The notes: generated from the letters alone by a model not told the origin. Counted from the stretch's first letter, positions 1-10,195 are shown. The stretch is 32,000 nucleotides of DNA from Candidatus Heimdallarchaeota archaeon (GCA_030668875.1 DAOVER010000001.1:60001-92000), one strand, 5' to 3'. Numbers and translations: made by a program.

Positions 1-1
1 A

Positions 2-2215
2 AGAAATGAGGATGTTTTAGATGATAATGGACATGGAACAGAGTTAGCGGGGATTATAGGAAGTAATGGATTATTCGGTTACATGCAAGGAGTAGCACCC
101 AATAGTAAATTCTTGATAGGGAAAATCTTAGACCATAATTCGATTGGAACTGTAGAAACATTAATTCAGGGAATTGACTGGGCAATAGAAAATGATGCTG
201 ACGTCATCAACTTATCGTTAGGAAAAACTGTTTCAAATCTAAACTCTCCTGAAGTAGAAGCAGTAAATTTCGCTGTAGAAAGCGGTGTTGTAGTGTGTGT
301 ATCAGCTGGTAATGCTCGAGGAATAGAAGAATTTGGTTACAGTGATCTTCACACAATACTAAGTCCTGGAATTTCCTCTAAAGCAATTACAGTTGGAGCT
401 ATTGATAATAACGATGTCCTTTATGAATACAGTAGTGCTGGACCAGTAGCTATAAATTTTAACAGCGAAACATCTGACTATCTGTATGATTCAATTCCTA
501 AAACCACAACTTGGTTAAAACCAGATGTTGTAGCTCCTGGTGTTCTTCTCAACACTACATCTGCAAATGGAAAAGATTTGAATGTAGTTTCGGGAACTAG
601 TTATGCAACAGCTGTTGTTTCTGGATTATGTCTCCTTTTAATACAACAATATTATCGGGCTGATTCTTCCTTAGTTAAAGCTTCATTAATTAAAACTTGT
701 AATCCAATATCGCTGAATGCAGTTTCCCCTTTCTTACAGAATATTAGTATTCCAGTTTCTCCATATTTTCAAGGCTCTGGTTTAATAAATTCTTCTGGTG
801 CTTTTTCATATATTAATACTCATGGAGATTTTACATTAACTAGTTCAATAATCCCTTACTTGGACAATTATTATTTCAAAAATTCAGAAACAAGTTTTAA
901 CATACAGTTATACATACATCAACCACTTGATAGCATCAAATTAACTATTTCTGAAAATTTAGCTAATATTCTATATGTTTCTCTTCTTCCCACTTCATTA
1001 GTTATTGGTCAATATGATCTTGAGATAACCATTAATACAGAAGAAGCTCTAGTTGGTTTTCATCAAGGTTACTTAACGTTTGAAAGCACTGATTCTATCC
1101 AAACAATTAATGTTGCATTTAATGTGAAAAAGGCTTATGGGAGAATTTTGCTTGATTACCGAGAAGAAGGCAGTGATGTCAGATATTCTTTAAATGGTAA
1201 TCTACATAATATCATTTCTATATCAAAGAAATATGGTCTAGTTCCCATAATTAATTCACAAGATGTGTACTACTCTACGTTTAACACGATGAATCTCAAT
1301 GAATTTGAAGTGATTGCATTAATCAATTCGAAGAATACCTTACTTCATCCAATTTCAAACTCGGATATCGTCGCACTTTCTGATTATATTAATCCAGAAG
1401 GAACTTATTCAGGAGGATCCTTAATTGTTTTACCATCAAGAAACAGTGATTTTAACATTATTAATGAGATACTTTCTGTAGTCAATGTAACCTATTACCA
1501 AGATTTTTCAGCAAATGTTAGTTTAGATGTATCTTCATCATATCATATCTTACTTTCAGACCCACATCTCTTAAATGATCTTTATCTTCCATACCCCGTT
1601 TTAGTAAATGTAAGCAATACAGATTATAACCCTTATAGTGACAAATTGGTTTATGGCAACCAACATTATTCAAATGGTTCTATCGTGGTAGGGGGAAATA
1701 CTCTAGATATGTTTCTGGATTCTCCTTATCTTTATTCGTCATATGAATCTGAATACTCAGAAATATTCATGAGCGCATATTATGGCGACAATTATCAACT
1801 TCTTGAAAACATGATAAGTTCAGCAGTGGTTAGAGGTTTAATATTTAACTATTCTCTTAAGTCCTCAGAGGTTTCGATAAAAGACAATATAATGCTTACC
1901 ATAAACACTGCAAATATGTTTAAAACTATGCCAGATTGGGCGTTTTACATGACGCTTTCAAATGAATATGATACATATGTTAAGGTAAACGCCTTTGAGT
2001 CATATGAAAATGGAACAACCATTTTCAACACAAAAATCGAAGATATGAATCTCTCAGCAGGTTCATACACTCTGAAAATTCATTCTTTCTCAGGTACAGA
2101 ATCTTGGGAAATCAAAATTATTGCGTCTGTATCATTAGGGCCAATAATAATTAGTTTATCACTAGTTCTATGCAGTGTTTTCTTAATTATGTTCAGAAAG
2201 AAAACTAAGAAGTAA
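2..2215 (+). CDS. Membrane-anchored S8 (subtilisin-like) serine protease, 5'-truncated by the window edge
   Basis: The frame is open from nt 2: RNEDVLDDNGHGTELAGIIGS carries the catalytic His motif. Also present are the oxyanion SAGN, KPDVVAPG, the catalytic Ser motif SGTSYA (590-607), and a C-terminal TM helix plus RKKTKK. Confidence 0.92.
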   Translation, partial: RNEDVLDDNGHGTELAGIIGSNGLFGYMQGVAPNSKFLIGKILDHNSIGTVETLIQGIDWAIENDADVINLSLGKTVSNLNSPEVEAVNFAVESGVVVCVSAGNARGIEEFGYSDLHTILSPGISSKAITVGAIDNNDVLYEYSSAGPVAINFNSETSDYLYDSIPKTTTWLKPDVVAPGVLLNTTSANGKDLNVVSGTSYATAVVSGLCLLLIQQYYRADSSLVKASLIKTCNPISLNAVSPFLQNISIPVSPYFQGSGLINSSGAFSYINTHGDFTLTSSIIPYLDNYYFKNSETSFNIQLYIHQPLDSIKLTISENLANILYVSLLPTSLVIGQYDLEITINTEEALVGFHQGYLTFESTDSIQTINVAFNVKKAYGRILLDYREEGSDVRYSLNGNLHNIISISKKYGLVPIINSQDVYYSTFNTMNLNEFEVIALINSKNTLLHPISNSDIVALSDYINPEGTYSGGSLIVLPSRNSDFNIINEILSVVNVTYYQDFSANVSLDVSSSYHILLSDPHLLNDLYLPYPVLVNVSNTDYNPYSDKLVYGNQHYSNGSIVVGGNTLDMFLDSPYLYSSYESEYSEIFMSAYYGDNYQLLENMISSAVVRGLIFNYSLKSSEVSIKDNIMLTINTANMFKTMPDWAFYMTLSNEYDTYVKVNAFESYENGTTIFNTKIEDMNLSAGSYTLKIHSFSGTESWEIKIIASVSLGPIIISLSLVLCSVFLIMFRKKTKK

Positions 2216-2588
2216 GTACATGATAAACTCTCCTTCCATGTCTTCCAAGAACATTCATTGCTAAAGCAAGACTATAGATGTCTTTAGAAGCTGCCAGTAC
2301 AATAAATCTATCCAAGTTTTGGAGAATAACAAATCCTTCAGTTCCTTTTATTATTACTTGATCAAGGCTTCCACACTTAATCTGTCCTACTGTTTGTTGC
2401 CCAACCGAATTCAAAGCAGATGTTAGAGCAGACATGATTACTTGGTCTGTACCTTTTTCAGCAAAGAATGCTAATTCTTGACCCTCTGAGCTAACTACTG
2501 CAATTGCTCCCAAACTACATTCTTGTGAAATTTCCCTTAATATTGGTAGTAAACTGTTCTTCTTTTCGGGTGATAAATCTCCAATCAT
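2205..2588 (-). CDS. Roadblock/LC7 (MglB-like) domain protein
   Basis: 127 aa with the Roadblock pattern AIAVVSSEGQEL...SALTSAL...LDQVIIKGTEGFVIL...IVLAAS. Its 3' end overlaps the protease by 11 nt. Confidence 0.85.
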   Translation of the reverse strand: MIGDLSPEKKNSLLPILREISQECSLGAIAVVSSEGQELAFFAEKGTDQVIMSALTSALNSVGQQTVGQIKCGSLDQVIIKGTEGFVILQNLDRFIVLAASKDIYSLALAMNVLGRHGRRVYHVLTS

Positions 2589-2631
2589 GAATACAATAAA
2601 AAATTTAAAAATAAAAAAGTTTCTTCTAGCT

Positions 2632-3267
2632 CTAGATTAAACGATTTCTGTGTGTTTTGCACACTGGTGTATATACTTCTTCGCTTGTGCCTTTGTTTTT
2701 ATAGATCCAAACATTGTAAGCAAACGCAACTTTACCACAAATATAACACGAACGCTCATCTCTGAGGTGAATTTTCTTTCTAGACATTCTATTCCAGTAG
2801 TTTTTGAACTCTTCAAAGCTATCAGTAAACTTCTTATGTAATATTTTAGCTTCCTCATCTTCACTTGGTTTCTTATCTAATAAAAATAAGATATAGCTCC
2901 AGACTATTATTGCGAGTATATTTCCAAAAGACTTGATGGGTATATGGTGATATCCACTTAGTTTAATTGTACTAGAACTTCTTCCTGTGGTATAATCTAT
3001 CATTAGATTTTTTCTATGAGAGCTTTGACCCGCATCAATACCATATTTCTTGGATATAGCGACAAGTCGTTTACTAAGTTCCTCAAATAACCAATCCACG
3101 GTTTTTGAGCTACCTTTTCTTCTTACATTTAGAAATTTTATTTCAATAATAGGAAAAGAAATCGTAATAAAGGTTTCATTTACAGAACTATTTGCCTTTC
3201 TCACGAGATACTCATAGATTTCAGATGGAAAGGTTATTTTCTTTCTTTCAGCTGACAACTTATTCAC
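2632..3267 (-). CDS. Hypothetical protein with C-terminal Zn-binding motif (CYIC...CKTH)
   Basis: 211-aa ORF co-oriented between thioredoxin and Roadblock. C-terminal CxxC ... CxxH. Confidence 0.7.
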   Translation of the reverse strand: MNKLSAERKKITFPSEIYEYLVRKANSSVNETFITISFPIIEIKFLNVRRKGSSKTVDWLFEELSKRLVAISKKYGIDAGQSSHRKNLMIDYTTGRSSSTIKLSGYHHIPIKSFGNILAIIVWSYILFLLDKKPSEDEEAKILHKKFTDSFEEFKNYWNRMSRKKIHLRDERSCYICGKVAFAYNVWIYKNKGTSEEVYTPVCKTHRNRLI

Positions 3268-3327
3268 TTATGGGTGGTGATATACTAAAGAAATAGATGT
3301 TCCCCCACCTAAAAATGTAACGCTAAA

Positions 3328-3657
3328 TTAATTCTTTTTGATAGTTTCTTCTATCAATTTACTTAGTTTTCCTCGATTTGCACCTATTAGAGAACTGTAT
3401 GGTTTACCTTCCTTGAAGATTATGAAAGTAGGTAGACTCTGCACCATATATTTTTGTGCAAATGTATATTCTTCATCCATATTCATTCTGACAAATCTCA
3501 TACTCTGTTCATGTTTTTCAGATAATCGTTCAAATAAAGGTTCTATACTCTTACATGGTCCGCACCATGGAGCCCATGTATCAACAATTATTGGCCTAGA
3601 TTCATTTTTTAATATTTCATTAAATTCGTCATTAGTTATATTAGTAACTTTACCCAT
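3328..3657 (-). CDS. trxA: Thioredoxin
   Basis: WAPWCGPCK active site, cis-Pro motif QSLPTF, 109 aa. Confidence 0.95.
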   Translation of the reverse strand: MGKVTNITNDEFNEILKNESRPIIVDTWAPWCGPCKSIEPLFERLSEKHEQSMRFVRMNMDEEYTFAQKYMVQSLPTFIIFKEGKPYSSLIGANRGKLSKLIEETIKKN

Positions 3658-3872
3658 AATTTTCCCCTTTACTCATTAGATAGCTTTGTTCGAGATTTCC
3701 TACGCTTGTATTTATCTGTTACTTTTGTAATAGGAAATTTGTCAATTTTAAATTTATGTCAAACATTGGTAGAAAATCATTTTTATTGAAAAACCTCGTA
3801 GAAGTAAACTTTTTATGGTTAATAGTGCCTTTTAGTCAGATAAGGGTTATCAGTAAAGGAGTAATTTAAAAT

Positions 3873-5897
3873 ATGATTTCACGTCCTTACGATGAAATAA
3901 AACATCTGATAGAAAACTATCTCAAGAAGGAATTTTCTTTAAAATCTGATTTGATTTGGTCAAAACCACCCTCAGCAGAATTAGGTGATATTAGTTTTCC
4001 TCTTTTTAATATTGCAAAAGAGTTAAAAATTAAACCTGATGAATTGGGTGAGAAAATAATCTCAGAAATCAGTTTTCCAGATATTATCGAGAAAGTAAGT
4101 TTACAGGGAGGTTTTCTTAATCTAGCATTCAATAGAAGTATTTTTGTTACACAAGTATTTCAAACAATTTTAGAACAAACTAAATATGGACAAAATTCAA
4201 CTATGAGTTCTGAAAGAATAATTGTTGAACACACTTCTAGCAATCCAACCGGACCTCTTCATATTGGTAATTTCAGAGGTTCAGTTCTAGGAGATGTTCT
4301 TGGGAGACTTTTCTCTTTCCTAGGAGCAGCTGTTAATGTACGATACTATGTAAACGATCTAGGAAGACAAATTGCCCCCTTAGTAATAGGTTATTTTCTT
4401 TTGAAAGAGACGAAACTTAAAATTAAAGAAAAAGGTGATTTGTGGTTGGGTAAAGTATATGCTAGTATGTACACCTTTCTAGAAATACAACAACTCAAGC
4501 AGAAATTAGACTTGTTAGGCTGGAAAAGTCAGGATGGTGTCTCTCTCTATAGTTTAGATGAAACTGATCTCAAGACCATGCAGGATTTCTTGAATAATTT
4601 ACCAAAAGAAAATAAAGAAAAAGACAATACCTACAAATGGTATTCAAAATTAGCAAGAGTCCAGAGTTTACTTATTGAAAGAATCCCAGAAGTATATGAA
4701 AAACTAAACAGTTTGACATCTTCAAGAATTGATGATTTAGAATCTATGACAAATCAATATGTTAAAAGCTATCAAGAAGGTAAGGATAAATTAATAGTTG
4801 AAAAGTTTAGAGAAGTTACAAAAATGGCTTTAGAAGGGCATGTGGAGACCTTAAACCTTTTCGAAATATATCATGATGATTTTGATTGGGAATCCGATGT
4901 TGCTTGGTCAGGTGAAGTTCAACCTATGTTAGACAAATTAGAAGATAAAAATTACCTGAGACATGATGGAAAAGCTCGTCTTCTAAAAAATGACACAATT
5001 GCTGAAGAATTAGGATACAAAACAAAATACTCGATAAGTTATGAAATTCCTGATTCCATAATAGTAAACTCAGAAGGCATCACACTTTATCCATGCCGAG
5101 ATATTGTTTATCATCTTCACAAACTCGAGAAATTTAATGCGTCATTATGTTATAATGTTATAGCTAAAATGCAGCAATTGCCTCAATTAGCAGTTCGACT
5201 GGCACTATATGGTTTAGGTAGTACAGATTCTGCAGATAGAATCCATCATTTTGATTACGAATATGTATCTCTCATTGGAAGAAAGATGGCTGGAAGAGAA
5301 TTTGATTATGTGACACCAGATGAGTTGTTCGTTTTAGCTCAAGAGGAAATAAAAACAATCATTGAAGAGAGGAATTATTCAGAAGAAGAACAACAAAAAA
5401 TAGCTCAAAAAATTGCTGCAAGTAGTATCAAATACCATATCCTAAAAATGGATCCACAAAAGTCTGTATCTTTTGATGTTAAGAAAGCTGTTGATCCAAA
5501 TGAAAATTCAGGGGCTTTTCTGCAGTATTCCTATGCAAGAGCATTAAGCATTCTTAGTAGATCTTCAAAACATGATATAGATGTTCAGAAGATACTTGAA
5601 TCAACTAAAAAAGAAAAACAGATAATAGAAAAACAGGCAGAGTGGGAGCTGGTTAAACTAATGGAAGAGTTACCCTCAATACTGATCAAAGGAGCGAAGT
5701 CTTTAAGACCAGATTCTGTAGCCAATTTCACTTATTCACTTGCTTCAGCTTTTCATAAATTCTACGACGCATGTCCAGTATTAAAAGCAGAAAATCCAGA
5801 ATTAATTAAGTCTAGAGTGATAATGGTGGTTTCAATAATTAAATGCTTAGAGAGCCTATTCGAAGTAATGGGCATCAAATCATTAGAAAAAATGTGA
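3873..5897 (+). CDS. argS: Arginine--tRNA ligase
   Basis: VEHTSSNPTGPLHIGNFRG (HIGH-type motif), YVNDLGRQ, KMAGR, and the anticodon-domain GAFLQYSYARA and FHKFYDACPVL. Confidence 0.97.
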   Translation: MISRPYDEIKHLIENYLKKEFSLKSDLIWSKPPSAELGDISFPLFNIAKELKIKPDELGEKIISEISFPDIIEKVSLQGGFLNLAFNRSIFVTQVFQTILEQTKYGQNSTMSSERIIVEHTSSNPTGPLHIGNFRGSVLGDVLGRLFSFLGAAVNVRYYVNDLGRQIAPLVIGYFLLKETKLKIKEKGDLWLGKVYASMYTFLEIQQLKQKLDLLGWKSQDGVSLYSLDETDLKTMQDFLNNLPKENKEKDNTYKWYSKLARVQSLLIERIPEVYEKLNSLTSSRIDDLESMTNQYVKSYQEGKDKLIVEKFREVTKMALEGHVETLNLFEIYHDDFDWESDVAWSGEVQPMLDKLEDKNYLRHDGKARLLKNDTIAEELGYKTKYSISYEIPDSIIVNSEGITLYPCRDIVYHLHKLEKFNASLCYNVIAKMQQLPQLAVRLALYGLGSTDSADRIHHFDYEYVSLIGRKMAGREFDYVTPDELFVLAQEEIKTIIEERNYSEEEQQKIAQKIAASSIKYHILKMDPQKSVSFDVKKAVDPNENSGAFLQYSYARALSILSRSSKHDIDVQKILESTKKEKQIIEKQAEWELVKLMEELPSILIKGAKSLRPDSVANFTYSLASAFHKFYDACPVLKAENPELIKSRVIMVVSIIKCLESLFEVMGIKSLEKM

Positions 5898-5907
5898 GGG
5901 GCAATAT

Positions 5908-6885
5908 GTGTTGGATGATGAGCGAATCTTTGGTGGTTATGATTTAACTTTTGTAGATATCAACATTCTCCCATTAGATGCTGATGATAATTTAATTGAT
6001 AAATTTCCAGTTCTAGGATCACATCATACTAAGACTGATATAGAATTCATGCCTGGTGGAAATGGATTCAATTTCTGTCGTACGCTAGCTAATTTGGGAA
6101 GGAAAGTTACGTTTGTAGGTGCTTCCTCAGATTTCTTTGAAAATCTTATTTCAATGAATAATATTCCTCTGGAAATAGAACCTATTAATCATGCTAAAAT
6201 AAATTACACTTCAATACTTAATCTGCATGATGGTGAAATACAGTTCAATTCAGCGAAAAACAATCTATCACCTAATCACCTGACAGAACACTTAGTATAC
6301 ATTTATCGAGGAAGTAAATTGAAACAGATTAGTAACATTGCACTGAACAGTACTTCTATCGAATGGATTAGTTCCTTACTTCTTTGTTTAGTTGATCCAG
6401 AACATCCATATGTTTTCGATTCGAAAATTGATGTCGATGCAAAGATTAACCTATTAGAAGATGCTAGTTTTGAGGGGATAATGTTCATTGATCCTTCTGA
6501 TATTAGCCATTATGAAAGACTTGGAGACTTTGTTAAAATACTAAAATCCACTGTTAAATTAAGTGGAGAAAAATATCTATCTCTAAATGAACATGAGCTG
6601 TTAACATTGAAAAATTATCTTAATAAATCACCTCAAGAGATAGCAGATTTTCTAGACATTCCTCTAATTTTCCATACCTCTGATGTTGTAAAATTCTATG
6701 GAAAAGAAAATTATGAACTAAAAACAAAAAATATTGTGCATAAAAAAACTTTTGTTGGTGCTGGTGATTGCTTCAATGGATCTTTCTTACACCAAATCTT
6801 AAATTCAAGTTCTGTTGTGGATTCATTAGAATTTGCAATAGAAAGTGCATCCTATCTAATTGAAACAGGTCAATACCCTACATAA
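5908..6885 (+). CDS. PfkB/ribokinase-family carbohydrate or nucleoside kinase
   Basis: PGGNGFN substrate motif, LNEHE (NxxE) and anion-hole VGAGDCFNG. Starts 10 nt after argS. Confidence 0.88.
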   Translation: MLDDERIFGGYDLTFVDINILPLDADDNLIDKFPVLGSHHTKTDIEFMPGGNGFNFCRTLANLGRKVTFVGASSDFFENLISMNNIPLEIEPINHAKINYTSILNLHDGEIQFNSAKNNLSPNHLTEHLVYIYRGSKLKQISNIALNSTSIEWISSLLLCLVDPEHPYVFDSKIDVDAKINLLEDASFEGIMFIDPSDISHYERLGDFVKILKSTVKLSGEKYLSLNEHELLTLKNYLNKSPQEIADFLDIPLIFHTSDVVKFYGKENYELKTKNIVHKKTFVGAGDCFNGSFLHQILNSSSVVDSLEFAIESASYLIETGQYPT

Positions 6886-6971
6886 TCCACTATACTAAAT
6901 GAAAAACATAACTTAGGTTAATGAGTACAATAGTTAAACTAATAAAATTAAATAGGAAGTTTGTATAAGAC

Positions 6972-8003
6972 ATGTCACTAGAAATTGAAGATTCTGACGC
7001 TTATAAAAAGATAAACAAAAGAATTGCATTACTAAATCTTTTAAAACAGTATTATGGCACTGGTGGTAATCTCTATGATTTTGATACAGGAGAAATCCCT
7101 GTTCGTCAGCTAATTGCGTTCATGTCTGATGAGGGCTATCCTAGAAGACTAGTTGATGCTGAACATGTTCTAAAGAAACTGGATACTGAAATCATAGAAC
7201 TGGAAGCAAAGAAGAAAAGCATGAGATTACAAGAGATGGAAGATCGCAATCTAAACTCCTTGTTGATAATAACTTCATGGACTAAATTGATTAATACTCC
7301 AACAAAAGGTGTCTATTTGAAACGACCAGTTGTTGATTTGCGTCGAGATACAATTATCATGCTAACTGATGAAACTCAAACATTTAAAGAACTTACCGAT
7401 GAAAGAATAGCAGTAATTTTTGGTCCAGGGATTTATTATACAGAATTTGCTGTTGACAAAGGAAATTACTTGGAGGATTATTTCGAAATAAACGGTGTCT
7501 GTCTTCCCCTTGATCTTCTAGGTAAGATATATACTGCAGAGAAAATTTATCATTCAGATAAAATAGATGCTACAATTACAGAAGTGTCAACAATACTCCC
7601 ATTCCATATACTTGAACAAGCTGAAACAGTTCAAACCTATGTTAGGGGAATTATCAGTCGAAACGTTTTTCACCCAAACAAGAACGCTTTAGAAAAATTT
7701 AATCAACATATCAATAATCCTACTTCTTATCTAAGTAAAGATGGATTCAAGATTATGAGTGCCCACCCACTTTGGTATAATAAATTATTAGTTGAATCTG
7801 ATCAAGTCTATAGAACTGGAAGTGGAAAACGTGTATATAGCACAGCTGGAATAGGTTCATTATCTAGCATGGTACATAAACTTAAGCCTATTATGTTCTC
7901 AACACCTAATAAAGAAAAAGAACAGTTGGAGAGAATTACTGAAATTGTTAAACAATACAAAGAAGTGGGTATGAAACTTCTAAAAACATGGATACCTTCT
8001 TAA
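6972..8003 (+). CDS. Hypothetical soluble protein (343 aa)
   Basis: Long ATG-started ORF filling the gap. No motif recognised. Confidence 0.75.
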   Translation: MSLEIEDSDAYKKINKRIALLNLLKQYYGTGGNLYDFDTGEIPVRQLIAFMSDEGYPRRLVDAEHVLKKLDTEIIELEAKKKSMRLQEMEDRNLNSLLIITSWTKLINTPTKGVYLKRPVVDLRRDTIIMLTDETQTFKELTDERIAVIFGPGIYYTEFAVDKGNYLEDYFEINGVCLPLDLLGKIYTAEKIYHSDKIDATITEVSTILPFHILEQAETVQTYVRGIISRNVFHPNKNALEKFNQHINNPTSYLSKDGFKIMSAHPLWYNKLLVESDQVYRTGSGKRVYSTAGIGSLSSMVHKLKPIMFSTPNKEKEQLERITEIVKQYKEVGMKLLKTWIPS

Positions 8004-8006
8004 CTG

Positions 8007-8525
8007 TTAGGAAATCTCCACTGAAGCTATTTTTTCTAAAACCTCTTTTTCTAAAAAACTAGAGTCTTTATCACATCTATAATATACAAGTAATTTCTGA
8101 ATATCTGTTATTGGTAATTCAGCATTTTCTACTTGTTCTAAATCTGTATTGGAGAAAAATCGTTCCAAGATTGATTCATTTTCCTTGGAAGTTCCACCAA
8201 ATGCTATAAGAAGTAATGTATTCGTTTGATTATTTATTCCAAACGCTTTAACTGCATTCTTTATTTGTCTGAAACCTGAAAGGCGGAGAAGTAATTCTGT
8301 TTCACTTCCTCTTGCGATATTTCTTCCGTTTTTGAATGCTTTTAGTGTATGGTATACAGCTGCTTGAAGATGTTTCTTGCTTACTATCCATGTTGGATCA
8401 ATAACCTGAATGGAGATATAGTCATTTTGATTTTCTCTAACAATTTCAAATAAATCATCGGCAGATAATCTCAGTGATTTTCTACAAATTTTATAACTGC
8501 ATGTTGCATCACTGGGACTATCCAT
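8007..8525 (-). CDS. cgi121: KEOPS complex subunit Cgi121
   Basis: IQVIDPTWIVSKKHLQAAVYHTLKAF..NIAR..ETELLLRLSGFRQIKNAVKAFGI matches the Cgi121/TPRKB pattern. Confidence 0.9.
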   Translation of the reverse strand: MDSPSDATCSYKICRKSLRLSADDLFEIVRENQNDYISIQVIDPTWIVSKKHLQAAVYHTLKAFKNGRNIARGSETELLLRLSGFRQIKNAVKAFGINNQTNTLLLIAFGGTSKENESILERFFSNTDLEQVENAELPITDIQKLLVYYRCDKDSSFLEKEVLEKIASVEIS

Positions 8526-8533
8526 TTTAATTT

Positions 8534-10057
8534 CTATAACTCCTTTGGACCACGTATCACTTCAAGTATCATTTTTTCAGTGTCTATTGGTTGAAAATCT
8601 GAAGCTGCTAACTTAAGTGCTGAAGTTAGTAATCCTTCCGATGATGAATGGATTTCAAAAAGAGTATCACCTTCTTTGTATTTGTCTCCTCTTTTCACTT
8701 TAAGGTGAACTCCAGCAGTTTTATCACTTGGAGCTCCTGCTTGTCTTGCAATTGTTGAAACTGATGCGCTCTCAACACCATAAACAACTCCATCGTCCTT
8801 AGCATATATTGCATCAATATAGCTAGCGATGGGAAGATCATCTACTTTGATTTTCCCGTTTCCACCTTGAGCCTCAACGATTTCTCTAAATTTAGTGAGA
8901 GCTTTTCCATTTTTTATAATTTCTTCAGCATATTCAAAACCGTAGCCTCTTGGACACCAGTTTTGAGCTTCTAAAATAATTCCAGTTAAGGACAAAGCTT
9001 TTCTCATAAGATCATTACTACCTGTCTGGTCTGTTAAAATTTGCAGAACATCTCTAGCTTCTAATGCTGGTCCAATCATGCTTCCTATTGGTCTATCTCC
9101 AGGACTGATGATACAATCAAGCTTGAGCTTCAGTGAATATCCAATTGTTGTAAATAATCCACCTAATTCATGGGCATTTTCTCTATGTACAACTTTTGCT
9201 CCTTTCCCTGTTGGTAGGTCAATGAGAACATATTCTGATCCCGCTGCAATTTTCTTTGATAAAATGCTAGCAACCATGAACTCCCTTGGATCTATCTTCA
9301 CTGTCTTCAAAACAGATATTATCTTATCAGAGACATCTGCTAATCCTACTGTTTCTCCGTTAGCTATACATCCTCCAGTACTGTCAACTACTTCAGTCAT
9401 TTCTTCTAAAGATAAATCACAAGGCATCAATAATTCAACGGTGTCTATTGTCCCAGCAGGTGAGGTTATAGCTCTTGTTGAAACCTTAGGTATAGTTAAA
9501 CCTGCAGCTGCAAGGAGAGGGATCATAATTGGAGTTATCCTATTGCCTGCTATACCTCCAATGCTGTGTTTATCTACAACAGGTTTCTTCTTAGGATGAA
9601 GAATCTGTGATGTGCTGATTATTGCTCTTGCAATAGCTGTTGTCTCTTCAAGTGATAATCCTTGAACTTGAAACAATGACATCAAAACTGCAATTTGGGT
9701 TGGATGCATTAGATTTTTATCAATTGAATTAAAAATAGAAGTAATCTCATCATCTTTGAGGGGTTCTCCTCTCATCTTCTTATGGAGCAGATGTATAATC
9801 TTTTCATTGGAAATTTCTTTTATAGAAATTTCAACTCCCTTGTGAATACCAAACTCAATAGAAGCTTTACTTGATATTCCTAAATGCTGCTCTGAATAAT
9901 TGTCACTTGTATAAACTTTCATTCCAATATTATGTGGTGTTAACTCAATAAGTTGACCAGGCATTATATCATATTTCTTTGCTAAATCAGAATTAATTAA
10001 AACATAGTTAGGCTCTGAATCTAATATTTTTTCGATTTTTACTGTAAGTTGTACCAT
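8534..10057 (-). CDS. deoA: AMP phosphorylase (archaeal thymidine-phosphorylase family, pentose bisphosphate pathway)
   Basis: VVDKHSIGGIAGNRIT, IPKVSTRAITSPAGT and SKKIAAG motifs. N-terminal double-psi-barrel-like extension; 507 aa. Confidence 0.92.
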   Translation of the reverse strand: MVQLTVKIEKILDSEPNYVLINSDLAKKYDIMPGQLIELTPHNIGMKVYTSDNYSEQHLGISSKASIEFGIHKGVEISIKEISNEKIIHLLHKKMRGEPLKDDEITSIFNSIDKNLMHPTQIAVLMSLFQVQGLSLEETTAIARAIISTSQILHPKKKPVVDKHSIGGIAGNRITPIMIPLLAAAGLTIPKVSTRAITSPAGTIDTVELLMPCDLSLEEMTEVVDSTGGCIANGETVGLADVSDKIISVLKTVKIDPREFMVASILSKKIAAGSEYVLIDLPTGKGAKVVHRENAHELGGLFTTIGYSLKLKLDCIISPGDRPIGSMIGPALEARDVLQILTDQTGSNDLMRKALSLTGIILEAQNWCPRGYGFEYAEEIIKNGKALTKFREIVEAQGGNGKIKVDDLPIASYIDAIYAKDDGVVYGVESASVSTIARQAGAPSDKTAGVHLKVKRGDKYKEGDTLFEIHSSSEGLLTSALKLAASDFQPIDTEKMILEVIRGPKEL

Positions 10058-10195
10058 AATTTAGCCTCATATTTTTATCTCTTAACAATTAAATGAAACA
10101 CTTTCAATAATAAAATTTCCTACTAGGAGTATTTTCGCAAAATTAGGAGTTTCACCCAAAAAATTCTTATTTATTATGCAATATATATTTTAAAT

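Noticed and set aside
3338-3679. 113-aa plus-strand ORF
   Set aside because: Antisense shadow of thioredoxin.
4450-4760. Long helical insertion in ArgRS
   Set aside because: Insertions in this part of the catalytic domain are common lineage variation among archaeal ArgRS; nothing specific can be claimed without an alignment.
9078-9599. 173-aa plus-strand ORF
   Set aside because: Antisense shadow fully inside AMP phosphorylase, with no motifs.
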